DNA of 64,000 nt, taken from contig DAQX01000026.1 in assembly GCA_002503055.1 (NCBI GenBank), positions 46,071-110,070 on the forward strand. Direction: 5' to 3'. Each line of letters starts with the position of its first letter. Positions within the stretch are counted from its first letter, which is position 1. This stretch comes from Euryarchaeota archaeon UBA86 (GTDB taxonomy: Archaea; Thermoplasmatota; Poseidoniia; Poseidoniales; Thalassarchaeaceae). A program made the translations under genes and the position numbers. A model generated the notes under the pieces. It had not been told where the DNA came from and ran no database searches. It worked only from the letters and a program-made list of their open reading frames with translations. Shown in pieces: positions 16,854 through 26,476 of the stretch.

Positions 16854-19800
16854 TTAGTTCCTACGCCTTCTCGCTCTATCCTCGTTTTCCAATATGGCCT
16901 TAGCAACCTCAGGAGAGTAGCCAAGGTCAGACAGATCTCTGACCTGCTTGTCAGAATCTTCTGCGACATCAATGGTGATGGTCGAGTCACTCATTGTCTG
17001 CTCGACTGACCAAGTCTGGTCCTCCATATGGATACGTGAACGAGTAGTGCGAGCAGATATCACCATGCCCGCAAGGAGCAGTACTACCACGCTTGCAGCC
17101 ATCAATGTCATGAATGAATTACTGCGTAGAGTGTAGAGCAGTCTACCGGTAACTCGGTCATCCTCTAGAGAGTCCATACAACCATCTCCGTCTATGTCCG
17201 ATCCGGAGGAGGAGTCCCAATTGCTAAGGCCCAATGGGCAACTGTCAGATGTGTCAGGAACTCCGTCACCATCATCATCCCAATCCTCAGTTGCATCATC
17301 GCACCCATCTCTGTCGAAGTCTGAAGTCATACTGACAGTCTGAGGGCATGAGTCATGCTCGTCGAATACGCCATCTCCATCATCATCGAAGTCTACTGTA
17401 TCGATACATCCGTCTGAGTCGTAATCCTCCTCTAGAGTTGATACCCAAGTGGAGGTCGGATCTCCCTCGCAGTTGTCGTAAATTGATTCAATTCCGTCAT
17501 TGTCGAGATCTTTGTCCTCCGTGTTATCGTCGCAACCGTCCCCATCACTGTCCATATGTGATTCAGCAATTGCTGAGCTCCTGACACAGGCGTCATCCCA
17601 GTCTAAGTAGCCGTCATCGTCGTCATCGAGGTCTTCGTACTCATCGTGACAGCCGTCTGAATCCCAGTCATTGAGAGGCGTGGAGGTCCATCCGAGCATT
17701 CCAGTAGGGCAGTTGTCATCAATATCCAAGACCTCATCATTGTCCCTGTCAAAGTCCTCGGAATAGTCGTGACAACCGTCTGAGTCGTAATCGCTGGCTG
17801 GCTCTGAGAACCATACTGTCATGCCGGTAGGACACAAGTCATTGAGATCTGGAATCTGATCGTTATCGTCATCTAGGTCCTCAAGGTCATGGCAACCATC
17901 ACCATCGTGGTCAAACAGTAGACTGGTCCACCACGACATCCCTGATGGACATTCATCATCCACATCCAGATAGGGGTCGTTATCGTCATTGTCATCCTCA
18001 TCTGCATCTCGACATCCGTCGTTATCATTGTCTTCTGAAATTCCGGACCAGTACTGTGCTCCGTTTGGACACATGTCGAGGTGATTCGCGACCCCGTCAC
18101 CGTCGTTATCGGGATCCTCGTGCACATCGTCACAACCGTCATTGTCGAGGTCGATGTGCTCACCCATGTAGCCAGACGGGCAAGAGTCGTCGACATCTGG
18201 ATAGTCATCGTTGTCGTCATTAAGATCCTCAGTGGAGTCTCTGCAGCCATCGCCATCGTGGTCGGTGTCTACATCCGAGTACCAACCGGACTCACCAAAC
18301 TGACAGTCGTCATTGTAATCGAGAACTCCATCACCATCATCGTCATTCCAGTCTCCTTGATTGACTAGTTCGACTAGGAAAGTCTTGGTGGCGGAGGCTT
18401 CTTCCTTGCTGGACGAGGTCACAAAGACGGAGAGTTCGAAACTCTGATCCTCATTCACATCCTGTAGATCTGGGGCGCGGATGAATAAATTGAGATCTGC
18501 AGTAGATCCTTCGACAAGAGTTGTTGTGCTCTGATATGTATTCGAGAATCCAACTTCTAATTGCCAGTGATCAGGAGCATCAGAGGTGTCAGCTACAACA
18601 ATATCGCTGCCTCCGGGTATCTTGATTCCTCTCAACAGCATTCCGACTTCAGCAGACTGTCCGGGCTGGAATGTAATCTCATCATCCATTCCCGGGTCAA
18701 GTTCGATTGCCATGTTGTAGACATTCTCGGACCACATGCAGACATCCCACTTGTCCTCAGAGGTGGTGTCCTCAGAACAATCAGGGGTCGTCCAGATGAT
18801 GTCCCGGTTGGGCCAGTCGAAGTTGACTATTGGTTGCGAACTGGAGTCCAGTCCGGAGCCAAACACGCCCATCAGATTGTCATTGCTGGTAGTGATTACG
18901 CGAGTGTTGATGACACCGTACGCCTGGTCGAGCATTCTACCCAGAGGCATTTCACCATCAACCAACTGAGGAGAGAGGATTCTTGTCCACCTCAACTCAA
19001 CTCTACTGTTCTCATCATCGGTGTTCGGAGTGGACTCGAACCATGTGATGTGTATTGAGCCATCATTGTCGAAGTCGACTCTCGGATTAGAACCCCAAGT
19101 CATGTCAGAGCCCAGTACTGGAGAGTCCGAAACTACGGCGACCTCACTCATGTCTAGGCCGTCAGCCTCGCCGTCGAGTACTCCTGCTCGGTCGAGATCA
19201 ATCTGCATATAGTGGAGTTGTGATGGGCCGACCTTGCTAGGAATAACTGAGCGACCGTCGACCCAGACGACATGGATATTGCCAGCATCGTCGACATTGA
19301 CATCGGGGCTGGAACTCCAGCCATGTCCGTTGGTAAGTCTAGTGTCGTTGACTAGAACGAAGTGCCCGATAGTGCCCCATCCACCTCCGTCTTGCCAGAC
19401 ATAGTCCAATGAGGGTCCGATGTCCTCGACATACTGTCCCGTGACAGGATCAATGGATGTGGCTGGATCGCCTGGTTGCCAGGTGGACCGTGGATTGTTC
19501 AGAAGTGAGTATGGATTGAGTACAGTCAGGAAGGTCTCAGTGGAGCCTGTTGCCGTTGTTAGGGCTATTATTGACTGCACTAGAGCCTGCATTTCCTCAG
19601 TATAGTTGGCAAGTGGGATTGACACATCGTCTATCCAAGCAGAATCGCTTCCAGAACTGACACTTCCATCCTTGACATAGGTCCATTTCAGAGTGTGTTG
19701 ACCCAAAGATACTGGTGTCGAGAAATTACCACTTTGAGTGCCGGACCATTGCGCTAGTTGTACCCCATCAATAGAGAAGGTCAGGAAGTCGAAGTTGGCC

Positions 19801-22034
19801 TCCGAAGAGACATTGTATGCGAAACTCAGTGTTCCGTTCGACATGACTCCGGTGAACTCTAGGCTTGTGCTCTCGCCATCTGAAATATCTCCCGATCTAG
19901 CAGAGTATGTTCCCGAAATGGGGGTCGAAGACGGATTTGTGGCCGAGACATACGCGTAGTCTGCAGAAACCGATGTGCCGCCGTCTCCATAGGTGTCATT
20001 CAGGTAGATTGTATAGTTGCCAGCACCAGTGAAACTCACCAGCACTCCGTTGTAGTGGTTGTACACTGAGCTGCTGTTGAACGATGCCACAGTTCCATCT
20101 GGCATAACGACATCCATGCTGAACTCAGACGCCCACCCGTCCACGGTCACGGTTAGATCGACTGTTTCTCCGGCTGGGTGAGTATAGTTACAGGACAGAG
20201 AGTAAAACGATGGGTTACCAGCTGAACCACCAATGTCGCACAGATTCGCTTGTGAGTATACAATGCCGTTGTTGGCCGCTTCAACAAACCATGAGTTGTT
20301 CGCGTTACCGGATAGTCCCCAACCATTACTCAGATATCCCGACTCGAAATCGCCCTCGAAGTTGGCCATGTTGTCTGTCGGATAGAGGAACATGTCTCCT
20401 CCAGCGTCTGTGGTGTTGACTGCTGAATCGTCGCAGGTTCTGTCATGGATTCCTGTCGTATTACTCGCACACTGGGCTAGGTCCATCATGTGCGAGCGTA
20501 CATGGGTGTCGTTGGCCCATATCGTGCTTGCTCCATATGATGTGGTTCCAGCAACTGGAATTGGAATTATGCCAGCGCTTACGCAAGCGTCGTGGGCCTC
20601 GCTGATACTTTGGTAGTCATCGGCTTCCTGGGCCTGCGCCCCATTACCAGAGCCTCCGAATGGACCCTCATCAGAGACCGGAATAATCAGCTTGGTCGCG
20701 TTTGGGTTCCACTGGTGATCTACAGCGGTGGCAGGATCTCCTGGGGTCATGCCGGAGTTGTCGCGCCACGAGAGGCAAGCCCAAGTCGAGCCTGGTCCCC
20801 ACATCTCACTATTGTAGCCCCAGTCCGATGGAATGGACAGTGAGGAATTGTTGTACATGACTGCACCTAGAGTGCGAATCCCTCCAGTGGTGTCGGAGGC
20901 GTTCTGGCCTAGATATGTCGATCTTGGTCCTTCTGTACCGCTCCCTCCGACAATGTAACCATCCTCGCAGTTCTTGTGGCTAGAGGCGTGATACATGGTT
21001 CCGCTTAGTGCGTACAGTGTCTCTAGGACTGTTATACTGGCTGCCTCTAGCATGGGCTTGACCCCTTGGAAGTACTCACCGCTGGTCAAATTACCACCGT
21101 AGAATACAGCGCACATGTCTCTCCATTCCTCGGTCATAGAACCGGATGTATCGAGTAGTCCCACATACTCAACAAGGCTTCCGCGGGTATCTTCCCAGAC
21201 CACTATTACTGTGTTGTTTGTCCCCATTGATACTGCTGGATTACCCTTGAAACCTAGTGCGGGCGTGATGATTGAGTTGTTGATCTGTACTGCGAAATTT
21301 CCGGATGAGTCATAGGTCAACATGGTGTAATAAATCAGAGGAGTGCCAAAGTACAATCCCTGAGGATCGTATGTGTCGACCCATACGACATGAGCACCGT
21401 CATAGGAGTCGATTGCTATGTCCGGGTCGTTACGCACTCCGGTGCCGTCGGCAACTGTGTAGGATGCTAGTGTCATATTGGCAATGTCGCCGGAGTCGCC
21501 GTCGCGGTCATCCTGTGAAGGGTCGAGTAGTACATACAGAATTTCTATGTCAGTAATCGCCCAAACAATGTGGGCTCGCCTGTTTGAGTCGACCACAAGG
21601 GATGGGCTAGAGATTGATGTCGAATTGTTGGCCCCAATGAGAGTATTGGAAATCAATACGGTGTCGACGCCATTGGTCGAAATTAGTGCGTATTGTAGCA
21701 ACGGCTGAGAGCCGTTCTCGACCCAAACAATGTGAACTCTGCTGAGGTCATCCATCACGCCTGTAATCTCAACTGGGTTAGATGTGTTAAGGTTCGACAT
21801 GATGGTCTGGGTGGCGCTATCATTCAGTGTGTTATTCGCTGTCTCATTACGAGTCTCGGACGGTTCGAGGAACGAGACATCGGTGGACAATGAAGGAGCG
21901 AATAAGGAAGCCAACATGATAGATGTCAGGAATATTGTAAGTTGTTTCTTTCTGGTATTGAGAATCCTATCATTTCTAGTTGGCAGGGTGTATCTGTCTT
22001 GGGCGGGCTGTCGAACCATGCTTCGGCAGGGCAC
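16854..22034 (-). CDS. Giant membrane-anchored surface protein with propeller-like repeats, a vWA domain, jelly-roll modules and thrombospondin type-3-like Ca-binding repeats
   Basis: There is an N-terminal signal/anchor (LTIFLTSIMLASLFAPSLS). The motif xHxVWxD recurs (VHIVWVE, AHIVWAI, AHVVWVD, VIVVWED, IHVVWVDG, IHITWFES). A vWA MIDAS motif (LLDTSGSM) is present. About 10 DxDxDGCxD..ED.DDD repeats follow, then a C-terminal TM helix (LMAASVVVLLLAGMVISA) and a ~75-aa cytoplasmic tail. Confidence 0.85.
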   Translation of the reverse strand: MPCRSMVRQPAQDRYTLPTRNDRILNTRKKQLTIFLTSIMLASLFAPSLSTDVSFLEPSETRNETANNTLNDSATQTIMSNLNTSNPVEITGVMDDLSRVHIVWVENGSQPLLQYALISTNGVDTVLISNTLIGANNSTSISSPSLVVDSNRRAHIVWAITDIEILYVLLDPSQDDRDGDSGDIANMTLASYTVADGTGVRNDPDIAIDSYDGAHVVWVDTYDPQGLYFGTPLIYYTMLTYDSSGNFAVQINNSIITPALGFKGNPAVSMGTNNTVIVVWEDTRGSLVEYVGLLDTSGSMTEEWRDMCAVFYGGNLTSGEYFQGVKPMLEAASITVLETLYALSGTMYHASSHKNCEDGYIVGGSGTEGPRSTYLGQNASDTTGGIRTLGAVMYNNSSLSIPSDWGYNSEMWGPGSTWACLSWRDNSGMTPGDPATAVDHQWNPNATKLIIPVSDEGPFGGSGNGAQAQEADDYQSISEAHDACVSAGIIPIPVAGTTSYGASTIWANDTHVRSHMMDLAQCASNTTGIHDRTCDDSAVNTTDAGGDMFLYPTDNMANFEGDFESGYLSNGWGLSGNANNSWFVEAANNGIVYSQANLCDIGGSAGNPSFYSLSCNYTHPAGETVDLTVTVDGWASEFSMDVVMPDGTVASFNSSSVYNHYNGVLVSFTGAGNYTIYLNDTYGDGGTSVSADYAYVSATNPSSTPISGTYSARSGDISDGESTSLEFTGVMSNGTLSFAYNVSSEANFDFLTFSIDGVQLAQWSGTQSGNFSTPVSLGQHTLKWTYVKDGSVSSGSDSAWIDDVSIPLANYTEEMQALVQSIIALTTATGSTETFLTVLNPYSLLNNPRSTWQPGDPATSIDPVTGQYVEDIGPSLDYVWQDGGGWGTIGHFVLVNDTRLTNGHGWSSSPDVNVDDAGNIHVVWVDGRSVIPSKVGPSQLHYMQIDLDRAGVLDGEADGLDMSEVAVVSDSPVLGSDMTWGSNPRVDFDNDGSIHITWFESTPNTDDENSRVELRWTRILSPQLVDGEMPLGRMLDQAYGVINTRVITTSNDNLMGVFGSGLDSSSQPIVNFDWPNRDIIWTTPDCSEDTTSEDKWDVCMWSENVYNMAIELDPGMDDEITFQPGQSAEVGMLLRGIKIPGGSDIVVADTSDAPDHWQLEVGFSNTYQSTTTLVEGSTADLNLFIRAPDLQDVNEDQSFELSVFVTSSSKEEASATKTFLVELVNQGDWNDDDGDGVLDYNDDCQFGESGWYSDVDTDHDGDGCRDSTEDLNDDNDDYPDVDDSCPSGYMGEHIDLDNDGCDDVHEDPDNDGDGVANHLDMCPNGAQYWSGISEDNDNDGCRDADEDDNDDNDPYLDVDDECPSGMSWWTSLLFDHDGDGCHDLEDLDDDNDQIPDLNDLCPTGMTVWFSEPASDYDSDGCHDYSEDFDRDNDEVLDIDDNCPTGMLGWTSTPLNDWDSDGCHDEYEDLDDDDDGYLDWDDACVRSSAIAESHMDSDGDGCDDNTEDKDLDNDGIESIYDNCEGDPTSTWVSTLEEDYDSDGCIDTVDFDDDGDGVFDEHDSCPQTVSMTSDFDRDGCDDATEDWDDDGDGVPDTSDSCPLGLSNWDSSSGSDIDGDGCMDSLEDDRVTGRLLYTLRSNSFMTLMAASVVVLLLAGMVISARTTRSRIHMEDQTWSVEQTMSDSTITIDVAEDSDKQVRDLSDLGYSPEVAKAILENEDRARRRRN
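17150..18350 (-). repeat. Coding tandem array of about 10 thrombospondin type-3-like acidic repeats (~37-40 aa each) inside the adhesin gene
   Basis: Repeated units such as DTDHDGDGCRDSTEDLNDDNDDYPDVDDSCP, SDYDSDGCHDYSEDFDRDNDEVLDIDDNCP and EEDYDSDGCIDTVDFDDDGDGVFDEHDSCP. Boundaries are approximate. Confidence 0.8.
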
Positions 22035-22105
22035 AGTAAGAGGTTAGTAGGGCCACCGGACATGTCCGATAAAGACGATTTTTGATGAGTTTGTTGAATA
22101 TTGGC

Positions 22106-23380
22106 TCATCCGTTCTGTAGAGCCTTAATCCTGTCCTGATGAATCTTCTCCCACGGGAAATGGCCGTCCTCTGTTGGACTGCGGCCGAAGTGTCCGCCTG
22201 AAGCTGTGACGAGGTATATTGGTCGCTTCAGGTCAAGGTCTCGAATCATCGCGGCTGGCCTCCAGTCGAATGCACTCTGGATTCTCCTCGATAGTTCTAG
22301 GTCAGAGATAGTTCCCGTTCCAAAGGTGTTGACAAGTAATCCAATTGGCCGTGCTACTCCGATTGCATAGGAGACTTGGACTTCGCAACGGTCTGCCAGT
22401 CCTGCTGCTACGACATGCTTCGCAGCCCATCTAGCATGGTATGCTGCAGTGCGATCTACTTTGGAAGGGTCCTTGCCACTGAATGCTCCTCCGCCATGCA
22501 TTCCTCCCCCATATGTATCGACGATGATTTTGCGGCCTGTGAGTCCGGCATCTGAGTAGGGTCCACCAGGATCGGGGAAGGACCCAGTGCCATTGACTAT
22601 CAGTTTGGAAGTATCGAATCCTTTGAGCCAGCGCTCAGGGATTGCATGCTTGACCACATGCTCCCAAACTTTGTCTCGAATGAACTGCCTCTGGCCCTCC
22701 TCATTTGGAGAGAATCCGCCTGCGTCTTTCGCGTGCTGTACTGCGATGACGATTGTATCTACAGTTTCTGGGTAGCGTCCCCCGTCCCCATTCTCTATTC
22801 GATCGCTGTCCAGCCTTACCGAGACCTGGCTCTTACCATCAGGTCTCATCCAAGGAATCTCGCCAGTGTCCTGTATCATGTCTAATCTACGAGTGAGTCT
22901 TTGAGAAAGGGCGGCTGCTATTGGGAAATGTCGTCCACTGAGCTCATCAGTATCCTCTGTTTCATTACAAGCGAATCCGAACATTATGCCCTGATCGCCT
23001 GCGCCCTGAGATTCTATGTCCCCATCCACTCCCTGACTGATGTACTGAGATTGAGTTGTGATGTATGTGTGAACCTCACAAAGTTCTGTAGAAGTCGCGT
23101 CCATTCCAATAGTGTGATCGTTGTAACCAATTGAAGTGGCGGTGTCTCGCGCTATGGCCTCGTAGTCTGGAGTGCTTCCTGCTAGACTGACTTCTCCGGC
23201 AAGGACAATGGCAGCCTTGCCTTCGACTCCCTTTACCATTGTCTCGACTGCTACTCTTGCATTGGAATCAATACTCAAACAGGCATCGAGGATGGCATCT
23301 GAGATCGCATCACAGAGCTTGTCGGGATGTCCTGATGCAACGGATTCCGCTGTAGTGATTGGAGGAATCGTGTCAGTCAT
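22106..23380 (-). CDS. metK: S-adenosylmethionine synthetase, bacterial/eukaryotic MetK type
   Basis: GHPDKLCDAISDAILDA, GAGDQGIMFGFA, GGGAFSGKDPSKVDRTAAY and VSYAIGVARP are canonical MetK blocks. Confidence 0.95.
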   Translation of the reverse strand: MTDTIPPITTAESVASGHPDKLCDAISDAILDACLSIDSNARVAVETMVKGVEGKAAIVLAGEVSLAGSTPDYEAIARDTATSIGYNDHTIGMDATSTELCEVHTYITTQSQYISQGVDGDIESQGAGDQGIMFGFACNETEDTDELSGRHFPIAAALSQRLTRRLDMIQDTGEIPWMRPDGKSQVSVRLDSDRIENGDGGRYPETVDTIVIAVQHAKDAGGFSPNEEGQRQFIRDKVWEHVVKHAIPERWLKGFDTSKLIVNGTGSFPDPGGPYSDAGLTGRKIIVDTYGGGMHGGGAFSGKDPSKVDRTAAYHARWAAKHVVAAGLADRCEVQVSYAIGVARPIGLLVNTFGTGTISDLELSRRIQSAFDWRPAAMIRDLDLKRPIYLVTASGGHFGRSPTEDGHFPWEKIHQDRIKALQNG

Positions 23381-23453
23381 GCTTTGCCGAGAGGGTGTCT
23401 ATTCAAGAAGGCCGCGACCGCAGCAGCGAAAACCGATGTGCTGATCGCGGTGC

Positions 23454-23699
23454 ATGGGCGGCATAGAGGCAGAGATCGTCTGGTGCGGTGATGAGAAGCG
23501 AGCACGCAGTCTCTTGGCAGCAATCTCTCCTGATGATCCAGACTCCTTTGAAGCAGAAATTTCTGGAGAAGGAGATTCTGCAGAACTCAAGATTATTGTC
23601 TCAGGAGAGAAATTGGAGACGGTGCGCTCAACAGTGGACGATTTATTGGCCTGTCTGGCCGCGGCAGAGTCTAGTCTAGATGTCAGCGATTCTTCGTGA
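23454..23699 (+). CDS. Pcc1/CTAG-like KEOPS complex subunit
   Basis: An 81-aa protein following the pattern EAEIVWCGDEKRARSLLAAISPDD....AELKIIVSGEKLETVRSTVDDLLACLAAAE, which fits the Pcc1 fold signature (A..i..al.P......l.i...a.d...lR...n..l..l). Confidence 0.55.
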   Translation: MGGIEAEIVWCGDEKRARSLLAAISPDDPDSFEAEISGEGDSAELKIIVSGEKLETVRSTVDDLLACLAAAESSLDVSDSS

Positions 23700-24708
23700 G
23701 GGTTTTGGCAGCGGCCCTGCCAGTATCCACCGCAGCATCGCTCAGGTGATAGTCAGAAATCACATGCGCTCCCGCCAGACCAATTCCCGATTCAACATGT
23801 AGAGCAGTGTCCACGCGCTGCTCATGCGAGCAGGGGTGGAGCATCACAGATTCGGTAGAGCGTCTCACAGAAGTCATGTTCCTCCATCCCGAACAGCGGG
23901 AGTCTAGTATTTCCTTGATTTTAGTGAGAGCATCTGGCCCCTCGCCTGACAGGTTTACTGCATGAAGAATGGTGCAGGAATCGGGGTCTGCCCTCTCTGG
24001 AATGCGGTCCGGAGAGGTCATGTCAACGGCAATGACTCCTGATTCCTCATCAAACAGCCCCGAGTACGGCCTCATCGGCCTGCCCTCTAGTGCTACATCG
24101 AGTGCTGCTACCCTGTGCTCGGTACACTCGTGTAGTGGAGTTGCGTCCAGACCCGCAGTCTCCAGTAATTTTGCAGACAAAATTGGAGGAGTCGCAAGTA
24201 CTACTGCATCACACTCGATTTCCTTACCCGAGATTCTTACAGAAGATATTTTTCCTGAATTGAGATTGAATGATTCTGCAGTACTTCCTGGATCGAAAGT
24301 CACGCCAACCTGGTTTGCGGCTGCAATCATTCTTCCTACTAAACTCGACCAACCTCCTCTGGGAATAACGAATTGTGGAATATTGTTGGCTATGTTATCT
24401 GTCGACATTGTGGTTAATACTTCCAGCGCTCGCTTCTTATCGCATCCAATCGGGTTGAAACTGTGTACATCCCACCTCTGTCCCAGAACTCTGGGTGCTC
24501 GTAGTTTCCTCAGAAGTTGATTCATTGCGCCCTTGCGTCTAAGCAGGTGCAAACCCGGATCGAGTAACCACTTCGAGTTCTCCCTCATCCTAACGCGTCC
24601 GCCTAGGATATCTCTCTGCTCTACCAGCATCACTTCGTGGCCGTCTGCGGCCAATTGAACTGAAGCGGCCAGGCCTGCGACTCCCCCGCCTACGACAATG
24701 CTGCGCAT
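23683..24708 (-). CDS. FAD-dependent oxidoreductase (amine oxidase / phytoene desaturase-like superfamily)
   Basis: The N-terminal dinucleotide fold reads MRSIVVGGGVAGLAASVQLAADGHEVMLVEQRDILGGR. I cannot assign a substrate. Confidence 0.7.
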   Translation of the reverse strand: MRSIVVGGGVAGLAASVQLAADGHEVMLVEQRDILGGRVRMRENSKWLLDPGLHLLRRKGAMNQLLRKLRAPRVLGQRWDVHSFNPIGCDKKRALEVLTTMSTDNIANNIPQFVIPRGGWSSLVGRMIAAANQVGVTFDPGSTAESFNLNSGKISSVRISGKEIECDAVVLATPPILSAKLLETAGLDATPLHECTEHRVAALDVALEGRPMRPYSGLFDEESGVIAVDMTSPDRIPERADPDSCTILHAVNLSGEGPDALTKIKEILDSRCSGWRNMTSVRRSTESVMLHPCSHEQRVDTALHVESGIGLAGAHVISDYHLSDAAVDTGRAAAKTLTKNR

Positions 24709-24733
24709 TGGATTCGCGTGGTGGTGCAGTCAA

Positions 24734-25690
24734 ATGACGTTTCGGACCATTGAAGGAGGGGTTTCGATACGTAGTGGTGTGAGCGAGTTGCCGCATGACC
24801 GTTCTGGGATGCTGTGGTCCGAGGCTGGGCCTTCGGCCATGTTTACTGAATCAATGGATAGGTGGATTGGTTCTATGATATCAGATGATCACGGTGAAGG
24901 AGATGGTCCAGAAACAGTGGTTGAGGCAGAAATGGTGTCGAAATCAATTGGTATCTTGTGTGGTAATTCGGTCGCAGAAAGGTTACTCCAGTCATATTTC
25001 CCTGACTGCTCTGTTGAGTGGTCGGTCGGAGAGGGAGGAGAGGTTTCTCCGGGTCTTTGTGTAGCATTATTGCAAGGTCCTGCTCGCAGTATTTTACAAC
25101 TCGAGAGGATTCTTCTCAATCTTGTCGGTAGACTATCCGGCATTGCGACCAATGCATCTCAGTGGAGTAAAGCGGCGGGTTCTCTTCATGTCGCAGCCAC
25201 ACGCAAAACGGCCTGGGGTCTTCTTGACAAGTGGGCAGTACACATTGGTGGAGGATTGACGCACAGGCTCAATCGTAGTGATGCTATGATGCTCAAAGAG
25301 AATGACATTGCAGCGATGCTCGAAGATGGTGAGGTGTCGACCGATGCAATCACTAGGATAGTTTCTCAGCTGCCAACTGAGAATGAGTCGTTTACTACTG
25401 TCGAAGTCAGGAATGTCGACGAGGTGATGGCAGCGGCACGAGCATGGGGTGATCGAGACAGTAGACTTGTATTGATGCTAGATAACATGGACCCATCTGA
25501 TGCGAGTGGAGTAATCAGTTCACTTATGGAAGAGGGTTTGCGAGAGCGTTGTGTGCTAGAGGGTTCAGGCGGAGTCAAAATGGAGTCTCTGTCAAAATGG
25601 TTAGATTGTGGGGTTGATGTGGTGTCGTCGAGTCGCCTGAATCTAGGCGTCACTCCAATCGATTTCTCGATTCTTGTAAGAGGTAGTTGA
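24734..25690 (+). CDS. nadC: Nicotinate-nucleotide pyrophosphorylase (quinolinate phosphoribosyltransferase)
   Basis: ATRKTAWGLLDKWAVHIGGGLTHRLNRSDAMMLKENDI and MLDNM...EGSGGV match NadC. The start is uncertain: the ORF is open from 24698, and ATGs at 24734 and 24809 are both possible. Confidence 0.8.
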   Translation: MTFRTIEGGVSIRSGVSELPHDRSGMLWSEAGPSAMFTESMDRWIGSMISDDHGEGDGPETVVEAEMVSKSIGILCGNSVAERLLQSYFPDCSVEWSVGEGGEVSPGLCVALLQGPARSILQLERILLNLVGRLSGIATNASQWSKAAGSLHVAATRKTAWGLLDKWAVHIGGGLTHRLNRSDAMMLKENDIAAMLEDGEVSTDAITRIVSQLPTENESFTTVEVRNVDEVMAAARAWGDRDSRLVLMLDNMDPSDASGVISSLMEEGLRERCVLEGSGGVKMESLSKWLDCGVDVVSSSRLNLGVTPIDFSILVRGS

Positions 25691-26476
25691 ATGGCAGATA
25701 TTCCAGATAGTCATCCTCGCAAGGCATCTTTGATGGCTAGGCAAAGTCTAGTTGAAGCAGCAGCACAAGGCCTGCTGGCAGAATCAGCTATGATTGCTCA
25801 CGGAAGAGGAGAGGCGTTCGACTATCTGCTTGGAGAGAAGACATCAGGTTCGGCTAGAATTGCAGTTCGCGAAACTGCTGCCCGTTTGTTGGAAGCAGAA
25901 AGGCCTGTGATTTCCCTAAATGGAAACACAGTTGTACTCGCTGGAGAGCAGGCAATTCGTGCTGCTGCAATACTTGGATGTCCAGTAGAAGTCAACATCT
26001 ACTACCGAACTCCGCAGCGTATGGACAAACTGATTTCGGCCCTAGAGGATATTCGAGTAAAGGTTGCAAGCGATGGTACTCCAGCAGGCTGGAAAGGATC
26101 TGAGTGGCCTGATTCTGTAAATTCGGTTGAGATTCTTGGGGGAGATGGAGACGGCCGAATTGAGGGTCTCGAAGGACCGCGTGCAATTTGTAGTTCTCGA
26201 GGAATCGAGGTAGCCGATACTGTACTCGTGCCTCTAGAAGATGGTGATCGCTGTGAGGTATTGGTTGCTCTTGGAAAGCAAGTTTTGGTAATCGATCTCA
26301 ATCCACTTTCTAGGACTGCTAGAATGGCTCATGTTACTATCGTGGATGAAGTCAGTCGTGCAATGTCGGAACTCTGTATCGCCCTTACCGAAGGCCCGAA
26401 AGTATCCGATTGGGACAATAACCAGTCTCTGCGAGATGCGTTAGCAATTATGGCTGAAGCATCTGAATTGATTTAA
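25691..26476 (+). CDS. Archaeal phosphopantothenate synthetase (4-phosphopantoate--beta-alanine ligase)
   Basis: HPRKASLMARQSLVEAAAQGLLAESAMIAHGRGEAFDYLLGEKT...RPVISLNGNTVVLAGE matches the archaeal PPS (COG1701) N-terminal block as I recall it. Confidence 0.7.
   Translation: MADIPDSHPRKASLMARQSLVEAAAQGLLAESAMIAHGRGEAFDYLLGEKTSGSARIAVRETAARLLEAERPVISLNGNTVVLAGEQAIRAAAILGCPVEVNIYYRTPQRMDKLISALEDIRVKVASDGTPAGWKGSEWPDSVNSVEILGGDGDGRIEGLEGPRAICSSRGIEVADTVLVPLEDGDRCEVLVALGKQVLVIDLNPLSRTARMAHVTIVDEVSRAMSELCIALTEGPKVSDWDNNQSLRDALAIMAEASELI

Noticed and set aside
17150-18350. Regular ~110-120-nt periodic repeats that could be mistaken for a CRISPR array or satellite.
   Set aside because: They lie entirely within one long open frame and encode acidic thrombospondin type-3-like Ca-binding units. 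The repeats are degenerate at the DNA level and have no unique spacers.
18561-19058. A 165-aa plus-strand ORF, and several others at 17348-21708, antisense to the giant adhesin gene.
   Set aside because: All are shadow ORFs inside a continuous 1726-codon frame that contains recognisable vWA and TSP3 motifs. Their translations are low-complexity.
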